A stretch of DNA of 64,000 nucleotides from an uncultured Lentisphaera sp. (GTDB taxonomy: Bacteria; Verrucomicrobiota; Lentisphaeria; Victivallales; GWF2-50-93). The notes under the pieces are model-generated. The model ran no database searches. It was not told where the DNA came from and saw only the letters and a program-made list of their open reading frames with translations. The stretch's first letter is position 1. Each line of letters opens with the position of its first letter. A program made the position numbers and the translations under genes. The stretch covers positions 922-64,921 of the forward strand of contig CAYRRM010000014.1 in NCBI GenBank assembly GCA_964426675.1, in the 5' to 3' direction. Shown in pieces: positions 27,697-38,109 of this stretch.

Positions 27697-28044
27697 TCAC
27701 TTGTTATGAACATATTTTATAATAGAAATATTTTCTAAAGTTATGAGCCCACCACATTTAGCCTCTTCAAATAAACTGTCCAGAATCGGGAGAAATGAAT
27801 TTATCTTGCTCTCTTCATCGGAAATTTCTATAATGATTGGAAGATCATTTGAGAGATCGAGAATTTTTGATGTTCTTATACGACTATTTGCTCCAAAACC
27901 AATTATTCCTTTCCACGCTGTTGCACCTGCAAGACAGTGCTTTCGTGCTTCGCAAACAATTACTTCATAAAGAGCTTTGTGTCTTATTTTATCCGATTCT
28001 CCTATAAAGATTCTTAAAAGTTTTGCATTTGAATTTATTTGCAT
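27697..28044 (-). CDS. DUF190 (UPF0166) protein, CrcB-associated
   Basis: 115 aa. LLRIFIGESDK...ALYEVIV...AGATAWKGIIGFG matches the DUF190 pattern. The position immediately downstream of crcB is the common arrangement. Confidence 0.7.
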   Translation of the reverse strand: MQINSNAKLLRIFIGESDKIRHKALYEVIVCEARKHCLAGATAWKGIIGFGANSRIRTSKILDLSNDLPIIIEISDEESKINSFLPILDSLFEEAKCGGLITLENISIIKYVHNK

Positions 28045-28051
28045 GTACTAC

Positions 28052-28456
28052 CTATACTTCTATTGGTTTAAATATTAGTTTTACTATTATGAAACCTAAT
28101 ATGAATGCGAAAAAAGATAAAGTTATTGTTAATGAGAAATAAAGAGACGCATAAAAAAGTTCTCCATCTCTTAAAAACTGTGTAGTTTCATATATCATAG
28201 AAGACATTGTCGTAAAACCACCACAAAACCCCGTAGCAAGGATAATGCGCATTTCAGGAGAAAGTATTTCTCCCTGTTCTGCAATTGCAGAAATAAATCC
28301 TATAATGAAACAACCTGCTATATTTGCAAATAACGTTCCTATAGGTAACGTAAGAGAATATTTTTGATATGCCAGGCTCAAACCATAACGAAAAAGAGTT
28401 CCTACAAAACCTGCAAGACCTATCGCTATCGGGATAAGAAAAGAATTGTAATTCAT
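28052..28456 (-). CDS. crcB: Fluoride ion channel CrcB/FluC
   Basis: 134 aa with four TMs and the signature GFCGGFTTMSS. Confidence 0.85.
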   Translation of the reverse strand: MNYNSFLIPIAIGLAGFVGTLFRYGLSLAYQKYSLTLPIGTLFANIAGCFIIGFISAIAEQGEILSPEMRIILATGFCGGFTTMSSMIYETTQFLRDGELFYASLYFSLTITLSFFAFILGFIIVKLIFKPIEV

Positions 28457-28735
28457 TTATTTCCTGCTTTTAAGAGAGAATTAATCTTAACTTAGCACAA
28501 TAACATAATAAAATAATATAAAAAAACAAATATAAAAAGATGAGGAAATCTAAAATAGATGAAATCCTATATTATGCTCATATGTTCTGCTTTATATCAT
28601 TGCCATTCGAATAGAGCTTGTCTTGAAAACTATAAATTTAGCATATATTGTTAAGGAGTTTCCCATTCATTTTTTAAAAGGGAACAGTTCTTTATTCAGT
28701 CATTTGTTAAATAAAACAATGCAATTGTCTTAGTA

Positions 28736-31069
28736 ATGAGAGTATTAGAAAAAATATCGTTTTTCATTCTTTTTGTTCTTTTATTTTTTTTAGAAATTTA
28801 TTCTTTTCTTGTGTTTTCCGAAGAATTTCCATTTTACGATATTCAGTTAGAGCAATTTTTGGAATTGAAAGAAGATTGGCTGTTTAAATGGGATAAAAAT
28901 GATGAAGGGTTAAATTCTGAATGGTGGAAAGATAATTACCCTCGAAATGGCTGGGAAAAGGTCACTCTTCCACGCGTATGGAATATGGATTCCATTAATT
29001 TTTCACCCAAAACTCCTATAGGTGTAGGGTGGTTTTATAAGAAGGTTCAAATACCAGATAAATGGAGTGGTGAAATCTCTCTTCTATTTCTTTCTGTGAT
29101 GTATTCTACTGATATTTGGATCAATGGGAAATTTATGCTCAGTCATAATGGTGGTTTTACCCCATTTTTCGTTAAAATACCTTCTGATATAACGGATACC
29201 TCGAAAACATTTGAAATTGTCCTTAGAGTTGACAATAGACTTTCTAATCAAACAATTCCATCCTTAAAGCATGGTTGGAATACTTACGGAGGAATTTGTA
29301 GAGAAGTTTTTTTAATCTCACAACCTGAATCAAGGATTGAAGACCTTAAAGTACAAACGTTTTTAGAAGATAAAAATCGGGCGATTTTGAAAATAAAGGG
29401 TAAATTAAAAAAATTTGAACAAAAAAATAAAAATGCGATTTTCGCAAGTATTAGCTTAGAGGAGAAAGTAATTGTTTCAAAAGAGTTAACGCTTGTTTCC
29501 ATAAATGATGAAGATGCAGAATTTAATGAAGAATTATCAGTGGATTCTCCTCATTTATGGTCCCCAGAAGATCCTTTTATGTATAAGCTCAATTTTCATT
29601 CGAAAGAGAAGATACTTATCTCAATGCCATTGGGAATTCGCGAAATTCGCATAAATGGGGAAAAATTCTTTCTCAACGGTAAGGAGTATTGGCTACAAGG
29701 ATTTGGTTTGCACGAGGATATTAAAAGTAGTGGTCCTATTATTCCTCCTGATTTTCTGGAAAATGAAATCCGTAAAATAAAGGAATTTGGTGCAAATCAT
29801 ATCAGAACAGGGCATTATCCTCATCATCCGAGAACCTATTTATTGTGTGATAAAATTGGTTTATTGGCTTTTGTCGAGTTACCTGCTTGGCAGCTCGACC
29901 GTACGTGGGCTGGGAGCCAAACTTGTTGGGAGGAATGGGGAAGACCACAATTAGTTGAGATGCTTAAATTTTATGGGAACTTTACCTCTATTATCTCCTG
30001 GTCAGCGTCTAATGAAATGGGAGGAGCTCATGAATTCAATAAACGCGCTATTGCTTTTCTTGTGGAAACGGATTCTTCAAGAATAGCAACGGCGGTAGTA
30101 GATTCAAATTATCATCCTGAAATTTACGCATATTTGCCTTTTGCTGGCAGAAATCTGCACTATGGTCTGTATCACTCAAAAAGAATTTATGATGGTTTGA
30201 GGCGAGGACTTACTGAAAACCTGAAATATTCTGAGAAGGCAAATATCCCACTATGGATATCAGAGCTCGGAGGAAAGGCATGGCGCGGAAGGTTCAATTC
30301 AAATTATAAGACTGACCAAAGGGATAATGAATTTTACGCAGATAAAAATCTTCGATTTGGATTTCAATATTGTGCTGTATCTTCGGAAGTAGTTTGTGGT
30401 ATTTCAATATGGACATGGACCGACTTTTATCAAAGTGGAGGTTCAATATGCAATCATGGAATTTTTGATATAGAGCGTCGGCCAAAACTTGTTGCTTATA
30501 CTACTAAAAATCTAATGACAGGAAATATAAGACTTTTTATTTGTGAAGATGATTCGTCATGTGAATCTGGTGGAACATTTTCTGCTAAGCTCTACATATT
30601 TAATCCAAATAAGGTGCAAATTCCTTCGGGACTAAAGGTGAGATGGATAATACTTAAAAATCAACAAATTTTATCAGAAGGTGCAATTCCTGTTAATTCT
30701 TTTCTTTCTCGTTCAGAGGAGGTTGGTAAGGTAAATTGGGATATCCCTGAAGATGCGAGAGGATTTTTCTCGTTATGGGCAGAACTTATAGATCAGAATA
30801 ATAATCAGATTTATTGTAATTCAGTTCATTTTGGTACAACTGAAGACGAGTCTCCTGGAGTTCTGTTTCTGAATCCGAATACTTCGGAGAAAAATGATAT
30901 ATGTGCCTATGCTGTTTTTGACTGGATGAAAATACCTATTTATAACAATCCAGGTCTAATTATACCTCTCTCAGAAGGAAATTATAAATTTAAAATCCTT
31001 TCTAAAGGAAAAGAAACTATGCTGAGCGCTAATATACAAAGTGCCAATATTACAACAATCAATTTTTAA
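28736..31069 (+). CDS. Glycoside hydrolase family 2 protein
   Basis: 777 aa with an N-terminal signal/anchor. GH2 sugar-binding region, LWSPEDPFMY, TIM-barrel motif GANHIRTGHYPHHP, acid/base SWSASNE and candidate nucleophile WISELGG. Confidence 0.8.
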   Translation: MRVLEKISFFILFVLLFFLEIYSFLVFSEEFPFYDIQLEQFLELKEDWLFKWDKNDEGLNSEWWKDNYPRNGWEKVTLPRVWNMDSINFSPKTPIGVGWFYKKVQIPDKWSGEISLLFLSVMYSTDIWINGKFMLSHNGGFTPFFVKIPSDITDTSKTFEIVLRVDNRLSNQTIPSLKHGWNTYGGICREVFLISQPESRIEDLKVQTFLEDKNRAILKIKGKLKKFEQKNKNAIFASISLEEKVIVSKELTLVSINDEDAEFNEELSVDSPHLWSPEDPFMYKLNFHSKEKILISMPLGIREIRINGEKFFLNGKEYWLQGFGLHEDIKSSGPIIPPDFLENEIRKIKEFGANHIRTGHYPHHPRTYLLCDKIGLLAFVELPAWQLDRTWAGSQTCWEEWGRPQLVEMLKFYGNFTSIISWSASNEMGGAHEFNKRAIAFLVETDSSRIATAVVDSNYHPEIYAYLPFAGRNLHYGLYHSKRIYDGLRRGLTENLKYSEKANIPLWISELGGKAWRGRFNSNYKTDQRDNEFYADKNLRFGFQYCAVSSEVVCGISIWTWTDFYQSGGSICNHGIFDIERRPKLVAYTTKNLMTGNIRLFICEDDSSCESGGTFSAKLYIFNPNKVQIPSGLKVRWIILKNQQILSEGAIPVNSFLSRSEEVGKVNWDIPEDARGFFSLWAELIDQNNNQIYCNSVHFGTTEDESPGVLFLNPNTSEKNDICAYAVFDWMKIPIYNNPGLIIPLSEGNYKFKILSKGKETMLSANIQSANITTINF
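29434..29446. repeat. Iterated palindrome TGCGA-N3-TCGCA copy
   Basis: TGCGATTTTCGCA in GH2 (+). AIFA. Confidence 0.95.
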
Positions 31070-31070
31070 G

Positions 31071-32708
31071 ATGAATTATCCTCAAAATCCAATTATACAA
31101 AAGAGAAAGACAAAGCAATTAAAAAAAGTAAAAAGATTGAAACTTTTAATTATTTCTCTATCACTTTTAACGTTTTCTTTTTGGATATATTCGGTCTTAT
31201 TTCATTCTTTTGATGATGATGAATTTCAGCATTTACAGGCAGTATTTGCGATGCATAATGGGAAAATTCCTTATCTTGACTTCTTCGAGCATCATTTTAT
31301 GCTTTATCATTTTATTGCTTCTTTCTTTTGTTTTTTGCAAAGATGGCAAATGATTTTTTTCTTTCGTTTTATCTGTTTTTTTCTCGCCCTCGCTTCTATT
31401 GTTATAATTTATTGGGGGATAAAAAAAATTACAGGAATCGTCCCAGCTTTATCTTCTGTGATATTGCTCGTTCTCTGTCCTTTTTTTGTTATTAAAATGA
31501 CAGAATTTCGTCCGGAAACAGCTGCAATTTTTACACTTTCAATGGCATTTTATCTCTTATTAAGGTACATTTCAAAAACGAATAAAAATAATGATTCTTT
31601 ACTTTTTGGGATCTTGATTTCTCTTACAACTCTATTTAGTCAGAAATATGTAATAATTTCGCTTTTTTTTATTGGAGCGTATTTTTTTCTCTGTGGTTTT
31701 CGTAAAGGCATTATAGTTCTTTTTCTTTTTATTCTTTCAATAATAATTTACTTTTTTGTCTTTTTTTTACTCGGAGGTCTGAAGGAGGCTTTTGAACTGG
31801 TGATACTCATGAATCTAAATTGGAAATATAAATTCTCATCTTCCGGATACTTTAGGGAATTATTTATCTCTTCTCCGATATTGGTTGTAAGTGGAATTTT
31901 TGCTACATTTGCGAATCTCACAGTGGAAAGATACCGGAGAATTGCTCTGCTTCTTTTCTTTCTTCTTTTAGGTGGCGTTTTACAAGTTTTACTTATTCCG
32001 GTACCATACCGACAATCGTTTTTGCCCCTAATAATTATTTTATCTGTTGCATCGAGTTTCTTTTTTTCAAATCTCATATTTCTTGCCAGGAAAATAAAAT
32101 TTGGCAAAATTTTATTTTTACCATTTCTACTCTTCGGAGCTTCTGTTTATTCTCTCTCAGAGAATTTAAAAGAAAATAATGCTGATGACATACGATTTTA
32201 TAAAAAGATTGATAATACACCGTCGACGTTGAGTTTTTTTGATGGGCGAGGCATAGTCTTCTTCCGTCCGCAAATTTCATATTATGGTTGGATGCATTCT
32301 GAACTTTTGCTTATGTTGGACCATGAAAAATATTCAGATCAAATAATTGATTCATTGGAATCACATTTCTATCCTCCAATAATTTATGATTATAGGATAG
32401 CTATAATGCCTGAACGGATTAAGGCGTTCATAAGTAATAACTACATAAAAAGCGATATTGATAAATTGTATATTTTTGGCAGAGTTATTAAACGTTTACG
32501 TCCAGGGACAGAGCATACTCTGGAGTTACCCTATTCAGGATATTTTACAATTGAGTGGAATGGGGAAGGTAAAGTGACCCTTGATTCACAAGAAATTTCA
32601 AATCCTGAAATTATTTATCTTAAAAAAGGATCGCATAGCATATTATCGAAGTCCTTTGTATGGGATTGTGAAATCAAGTCGCATATTTTTAAAAAAAGTG
32701 GATTCTAA
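31071..32708 (+). CDS. Polytopic membrane protein, GT-C-fold glycosyltransferase-like (ArnT/PMT family resemblance)
   Basis: 545 aa from ATG 31071 (1 nt after the GH2 stop). About 10 or more hydrophobic segments, an acidic first loop (SFDDDEFQH) as in GT39/GT83 enzymes, and a soluble C-terminal domain. Confidence 0.55.
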   Translation: MNYPQNPIIQKRKTKQLKKVKRLKLLIISLSLLTFSFWIYSVLFHSFDDDEFQHLQAVFAMHNGKIPYLDFFEHHFMLYHFIASFFCFLQRWQMIFFFRFICFFLALASIVIIYWGIKKITGIVPALSSVILLVLCPFFVIKMTEFRPETAAIFTLSMAFYLLLRYISKTNKNNDSLLFGILISLTTLFSQKYVIISLFFIGAYFFLCGFRKGIIVLFLFILSIIIYFFVFFLLGGLKEAFELVILMNLNWKYKFSSSGYFRELFISSPILVVSGIFATFANLTVERYRRIALLLFFLLLGGVLQVLLIPVPYRQSFLPLIIILSVASSFFFSNLIFLARKIKFGKILFLPFLLFGASVYSLSENLKENNADDIRFYKKIDNTPSTLSFFDGRGIVFFRPQISYYGWMHSELLLMLDHEKYSDQIIDSLESHFYPPIIYDYRIAIMPERIKAFISNNYIKSDIDKLYIFGRVIKRLRPGTEHTLELPYSGYFTIEWNGEGKVTLDSQEISNPEIIYLKKGSHSILSKSFVWDCEIKSHIFKKSGF

Positions 32709-32870
32709 AATCAACATTAATAATATGCTCAGACTTAAAACGTTCCTTAATCAAAATAAATGCAGATGACTAATAAAACCGTTCCAAAAATTTAAATAAC
32801 TTCTCTATTTGATATAAGGACTTTTCACTGTAAAATTACTTAATAATTAGTAAAAAAAGGGGGGAGCTTT

Positions 32871-35800
32871 ATGAGGAAAAATAAATTTCTACTGAATCTT
32901 TTTTTCGTAAAGATTGTAATCTTTTCACTTTCATATTCTCTGAATGTTTTCTCGGCAAATTACATATGGATAGAAGGTGAAGATTTCAAAGCCATCTATT
33001 CTTTGAAGAAAGAGGGAGGTGTTGAAAATCTGCCTGGAGGTTCCAATGGATATAAAATAGAAGGATGGGGAAATGCTTCAGTTATGAGCGCAGGAAAGGT
33101 GCTTCACATTAACTTAAGTTCTGCAGATGTAGAAAAATATCTTTCTGAGAAAGGGTTACTCTTCTCAAAAGAGTTTGAAATAGAAGAGGATGGAGAATAT
33201 GAAATATGGATCAGAATAGGATATGAGTTTGTGCGCAGTAAATTTTATTGGCAAATTGATAGTAATGAATGGATTCTTGTATCTCCTGACGAGGCAACAA
33301 TAAATATACAACCTATCCAGACATGGAATGAACTTGCTTGGCTGAAGGTTTCTCTGTGCAATTTTAAAAGAGGGAAACATACAATATCTTTTCTACACAA
33401 GGCCGAACAAAAGAACGAGAATGGAAAGTTAAAAACTGAAAGAATTCTTCATATGCTTGATTGCGTTTGTATCTCAAAAAAAGGGGGGTTCATTCCATTT
33501 GGAAAATTTAAACCGGATGAGGATTATAAAAATGAAAAAGATATTAGCGCAGAAAAAAATGTATTTAGAGTTAATCTAAATTGTGCTGAAGATGGAAGAG
33601 CTTGGACCGAACTTAATGGATTTTGGCTTTATACTCCATATGAAGAAACAGAATTTCCTATAAAAGAAGAAGAACGCCTGAAACCTATGCTAAAACTACC
33701 TGACCTCACAAAATTCCGTTGGCTTGCGTATAAATCTCCTTTATCACGAGAGGAACAAATGCCGGAACAGATTTTTGCTCATCGCTATTTGTTAAAATGT
33801 ATCCTTGACTTTCCTGATGGAATAGAAGAGAAGGGGGTATTTCTTGATGTTCAAAGGTCAAACTTCATTATCTCCGTTTTTTTAAATGGGAAATTCGTGG
33901 GCTGGACAGATACATTTCATACAGCGTGGCAAATGGATTTAACAAAATTCGTAAAAAGCGGTAGAAATGAATTAATATTTTGTGTAAAAGACGCGTACTA
34001 TTCATTGAATCCAAAAGATGATGATTCTGCCAGAATCCTGGGGAATAGAAGGTATTGGAATTTACCTTTAGAATTTCTTGAAAGTAATCAGGGAATTGCG
34101 GCAAAACATGATTATCCTCTTGCATCAGATTGTAGGAGTGGGTTACTTGAACCAGTAAGTATCGTAGTCTGTGGAAAGCCATATATTTCTGATGTATTCA
34201 TAAAACCATTAGAAGGCAAACTTTCCATTGATATAACGATTTTTAACCCCACAGATGAAGATCAAAAAATTTCTTTACTTAATGAGGTAATACCATACAA
34301 AGATTCAAAAAATTCTTCCCCCGAACTTTCGTTTAAAAAGGTAGATGTAGATCTGAAAGCAGGTGAAAATAAAACGTTTACTATAGAAGAAAATTGGACT
34401 AATCCTAAACGGTGGTGGCCTGATAACCCTTTCCTCTATTTTTTACAGTCAAAACTTATGAAAAACGATAAAGTAGTAGATACAAAAAATACCAGATTTG
34501 GATTTCGTACCATAGATTGGAGCGGGGAACAATTTAAAATTAATGGAGTAAAATGGCAAATGTGGGCTGATTGCAATATTGGCGACTCTCCACAAGATTT
34601 TATTGAGCTCTCGAAAAAAAGCAATATGAATCAGTTCAGATATTGGAGGAAAGGTGGATGGGGTAACCTCACAAGAAGGCAGGTTTTAAACCTTTTTGAT
34701 GAAAAAGGAATTCTTGTTCGTTCATCAGGAACTTTTGATGGACAACTTGCTAATTATGGAGGAGGGTTGAGAGAAAAAGACCCTTCCGGCAACTTAGTAG
34801 CAAAAAAAAGACTCTGGGATGCGTGGAGAAAACAAATGACGGCCTGGATTAAAGAGGAAAGAAATCACCCTTCCGTATATATATGGTCTGTTGAAAATGA
34901 AATAACATATATCAATGTTAATAATTTAGGTCAATGGAGAGAATGTGAACCTGAGGTTGCCGAAGGTGTAAGACATGTTATGAGATTAGACCCGACACGG
35001 CCAGCAATGATTGATGGAGGTAATTGCCTGCGAGATGAATCCTTGCCTATAAATGGAGCACATTACATCGAATTTATGAATGCCTCATGGAGAGATTTTC
35101 CTGATGCAGCATATACAAAAGAGCATTTGTATGATAAATCAAGACCACAAAGAGGGGCATGGCCAATCGTCAGAGGAAGGCCTATTATGGCTGGTGAAAT
35201 CTATTTTGCTGAAGGATATACAAATGCAGATTTTGCAACTATCGGCGGTGAAAAGTGCTTTATTGGAATCGGCGAAACAATGGATGCACGAGGGCTTTGG
35301 GCTAAAATGCTTTCAGAAGGTTATCGTTGGTGCGAATATGGCAGTTTTCACTTCTGGCTCGGTAACAGCAGTCGAACTTACTGGAAAAGTTGGAGCCCTA
35401 TAGCTCTGTTTTGCAAACAGTGGAATTGGACTTTCGGTTCAGGGCAAAAAGTTTCGAGGACATTGAAGCTTTTTAATAACACGAGCGATAAAACGCCAAT
35501 TGATGCTGAATATTCATTACAAATTGCAGGGAAGGAGATAGAAACAAAAAGAAATACATTTAATCTTCAACCGGGAGAGTCTGTAGAATTTAATATAGAT
35601 TTCAAAATCCCACTTCTTGATCTACCATCTGAAGGGAAATTTTATTTAAAAGCTTACAGAAACGGAAAAGAGGTTTTCTCTGATGAGAAAAAAATTAGAA
35701 TTTTATGCCCAGAAAAGATTCCCACTCAGAGTTTAGAAAAAGTGGCAATATCGATTTATGATCCTAACGGCCAGATAATTGATTTTCTAAAATCTAAAAA

Positions 35801-38036
35801 AATTCCTTGTGAACCCCTTAAAAACCTCAATGCAATACCAGAAAAAGCTAATATTATTCTTATAGGAGGAAATGCTATTACGCCAGAAATGAAAGATAGT
35901 AAGATTTTTACAGAGCTCGCAGCATCGTCTAAGAAAGTTATAATTCTCGATCAGGAAATCCCTATATCTCCTCAAGCACTCGGATCTGATATGGAATCAA
36001 CTAATTTTTGTGGGAGAATAGGTTTCTCGGAAGATATTAGTCATCCAATATTTAATGGATTAACTCAAGATGACTTTTTTACGTGGGGAAATAATCATAT
36101 TCTCTATAAAAATGCATATAAAAAAGGGACAAAAGGTGGGAAAAGCCTCTTGCAATGCGATACAGGTTTATCGTGTACCGCGCTTTTTGAATCACAGATT
36201 AATGATGGCTTATTGATAGTCTCTCAACTTGATATTTCTGCAAAAATTGCGTCTGAAGCAGTTGCTCAACAAATCTTTCTAAATTTACTAAATTATGCTG
36301 CAACATATACACCCATTCGTCTTAAAACATTAGTTTTATTACCAGAAAATGACAATAGATTAAAAGTACTCGAAAAAATTGGACTTGAATTTGAATATAT
36401 TAACTCGTTGTCGGATAGTTTAATTGACAAACCAGCAATAATCATCGCAGATGCCAATAATAAAAATATATCAGACTTCCTCTCAAGAAAAAATAAATTA
36501 GATTCATTCTGTAAAAATGGTGGATGGTTAGTCCTATGGGGGATAACACCTGAATCTCTACCAGGCTTTAATAAATTGATTGGACATCAGCATCTAATCA
36601 GAAAGTTCCTGCAGGAAAGAGTCATTCTGAATTATCCTACAGATAAATTGGCTTCTGGACTTACGTTGCGTGATGTAGTGATGGATACAGGAAAACAAAT
36701 GTATGGATGGATGGCATTAAAAGAGCCTGCAGGTGATATTTTCACTTACGTGGTAGATCATACGGATATTGCTCCATTCTGCAAATTCCCCGATGGCATT
36801 GAAATGGGAAAATCAGAGCCTCACCCCGGAAAAGATCATGAACCATTGAATATGGTCAATGGTTTTACAAGCGATGATAATTGGGTTTTCACTTATACTA
36901 CCATTATTGATAAAGGACATAAAACGAAATTTACCCTCCACTTACCAAAAGAAGAAGAAATTATCGCATTTCGTATACGTCCTTCAAAATTGTATCACCC
37001 AATAACAAAGATAAAACTTTATTTCGATGATGATCCAGAACCCTTTACGGCTGTAATACCAATCAGAGAACAACCAATAACTGAAGATATTCAGATAACA
37101 CCGACTAAAAAAGCAAAGAAAATTACTATTGAAATTGCTGAATGGGCTAAACGTGGGGAGCATAACATTGTTGTAATAGATAATTTATGGCTAATAGTAA
37201 AAAGACCTGAAGAATACCTTAAAAAAACATCTTCAATATTAAATATTGGAGGATTAATGGTTTATCACAACGAAAAAGGCGGGATATTTTTGAATCAATT
37301 ATATATTCCTGATTCAGAGCAAAATCCTGAAAATGCCGATAAAAAAGCTAACATTGTGAAGACAATCCTTAGTAACATGGGAGCCGTATTTAAAAAAGAT
37401 GATATTTCTACGTCATCGTCTCTCGAATTCTCACCAATCATTATACCAGATTCATTCTTTAACACCTACAGAGATCAGAAAGGTAAACCCTCATGGTTTA
37501 AGGGTGGAGATATAGCTTCTATTCCTTCGGGGAATATCAAAGTTCGTAATGTAAATTTCCATATTAGCAACCTTTCCACTTCTCCTGTCCCATCAGTATT
37601 TACTCTTGCAGGGGAGGGCTCTCATGTAAAAGATAAAGAAATAAAGGGAATACCATTAAATACTACAGCGAAAGTATTGGCTTTTCTTCACACCTATAAT
37701 GAGGGAAGTGAATTAAAAAAGATGCGTAATTCTAAGCAAAATAAATCAATCCATATTTTCTCATATTTTATTAATTATGAAGATGGAACAAAAAATGAAG
37801 TAAAAGTTTATTTTCCCGACCAGATAGGAATATGGGATGAAAAATCTCCAAAAGATTCAAAATCGGCATTTCTTGCCTGGAGCGGAAAACAGAATAATTC
37901 TCAGAAAGCCAGTTTATGGATAATGTACTGGAAAAATCTATTTCCTGATAAGAAAATTAAATCAATTGATTTTGTGGCGGTAGCAGATGATAAATTAGGC
38001 GCTCCAGCTCTTATTGCAATATCTGCAGGCAATTGA
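32871..38036 (+). CDS. Giant secreted multidomain glycoside hydrolase with GH2-like catalytic core
   Basis: 1721 aa. GGGGGGAG Shine-Dalgarno and a signal peptide. GH2 hallmarks RWWPDNPFLY and acid/base NHPSVYIWSVENE. About 900 aa of additional C-terminal beta-rich modules, including a discoidin/F5-8-like stretch around 36800-37200. Confidence 0.7.
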   Translation: MRKNKFLLNLFFVKIVIFSLSYSLNVFSANYIWIEGEDFKAIYSLKKEGGVENLPGGSNGYKIEGWGNASVMSAGKVLHINLSSADVEKYLSEKGLLFSKEFEIEEDGEYEIWIRIGYEFVRSKFYWQIDSNEWILVSPDEATINIQPIQTWNELAWLKVSLCNFKRGKHTISFLHKAEQKNENGKLKTERILHMLDCVCISKKGGFIPFGKFKPDEDYKNEKDISAEKNVFRVNLNCAEDGRAWTELNGFWLYTPYEETEFPIKEEERLKPMLKLPDLTKFRWLAYKSPLSREEQMPEQIFAHRYLLKCILDFPDGIEEKGVFLDVQRSNFIISVFLNGKFVGWTDTFHTAWQMDLTKFVKSGRNELIFCVKDAYYSLNPKDDDSARILGNRRYWNLPLEFLESNQGIAAKHDYPLASDCRSGLLEPVSIVVCGKPYISDVFIKPLEGKLSIDITIFNPTDEDQKISLLNEVIPYKDSKNSSPELSFKKVDVDLKAGENKTFTIEENWTNPKRWWPDNPFLYFLQSKLMKNDKVVDTKNTRFGFRTIDWSGEQFKINGVKWQMWADCNIGDSPQDFIELSKKSNMNQFRYWRKGGWGNLTRRQVLNLFDEKGILVRSSGTFDGQLANYGGGLREKDPSGNLVAKKRLWDAWRKQMTAWIKEERNHPSVYIWSVENEITYINVNNLGQWRECEPEVAEGVRHVMRLDPTRPAMIDGGNCLRDESLPINGAHYIEFMNASWRDFPDAAYTKEHLYDKSRPQRGAWPIVRGRPIMAGEIYFAEGYTNADFATIGGEKCFIGIGETMDARGLWAKMLSEGYRWCEYGSFHFWLGNSSRTYWKSWSPIALFCKQWNWTFGSGQKVSRTLKLFNNTSDKTPIDAEYSLQIAGKEIETKRNTFNLQPGESVEFNIDFKIPLLDLPSEGKFYLKAYRNGKEVFSDEKKIRILCPEKIPTQSLEKVAISIYDPNGQIIDFLKSKKIPCEPLKNLNAIPEKANIILIGGNAITPEMKDSKIFTELAASSKKVIILDQEIPISPQALGSDMESTNFCGRIGFSEDISHPIFNGLTQDDFFTWGNNHILYKNAYKKGTKGGKSLLQCDTGLSCTALFESQINDGLLIVSQLDISAKIASEAVAQQIFLNLLNYAATYTPIRLKTLVLLPENDNRLKVLEKIGLEFEYINSLSDSLIDKPAIIIADANNKNISDFLSRKNKLDSFCKNGGWLVLWGITPESLPGFNKLIGHQHLIRKFLQERVILNYPTDKLASGLTLRDVVMDTGKQMYGWMALKEPAGDIFTYVVDHTDIAPFCKFPDGIEMGKSEPHPGKDHEPLNMVNGFTSDDNWVFTYTTIIDKGHKTKFTLHLPKEEEIIAFRIRPSKLYHPITKIKLYFDDDPEPFTAVIPIREQPITEDIQITPTKKAKKITIEIAEWAKRGEHNIVVIDNLWLIVKRPEEYLKKTSSILNIGGLMVYHNEKGGIFLNQLYIPDSEQNPENADKKANIVKTILSNMGAVFKKDDISTSSSLEFSPIIIPDSFFNTYRDQKGKPSWFKGGDIASIPSGNIKVRNVNFHISNLSTSPVPSVFTLAGEGSHVKDKEIKGIPLNTTAKVLAFLHTYNEGSELKKMRNSKQNKSIHIFSYFINYEDGTKNEVKVYFPDQIGIWDEKSPKDSKSAFLAWSGKQNNSQKASLWIMYWKNLFPDKKIKSIDFVAVADDKLGAPALIAISAGN

Positions 38037-38109
38037 AATTAATCTTGTTTAATTTTGAAATGAATGTATTTTACCTACCCTGTTTTAATAGATAAAAAAA
38101 GGTATTATA

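Noticed and set aside
28457-28735. An expected fluoride (crcB-motif) riboswitch upstream of crcB on the minus strand.
   Set aside because: Reading the reverse complement, I could not find the conserved GGCGATG...CGCC...AACCGCC...CTGATGAT.CCTAC-type core. I found only an AT-rich leader with a short GTTCCC/GGGAAC hairpin. A covariance-model search (RF01734) is needed to be sure.
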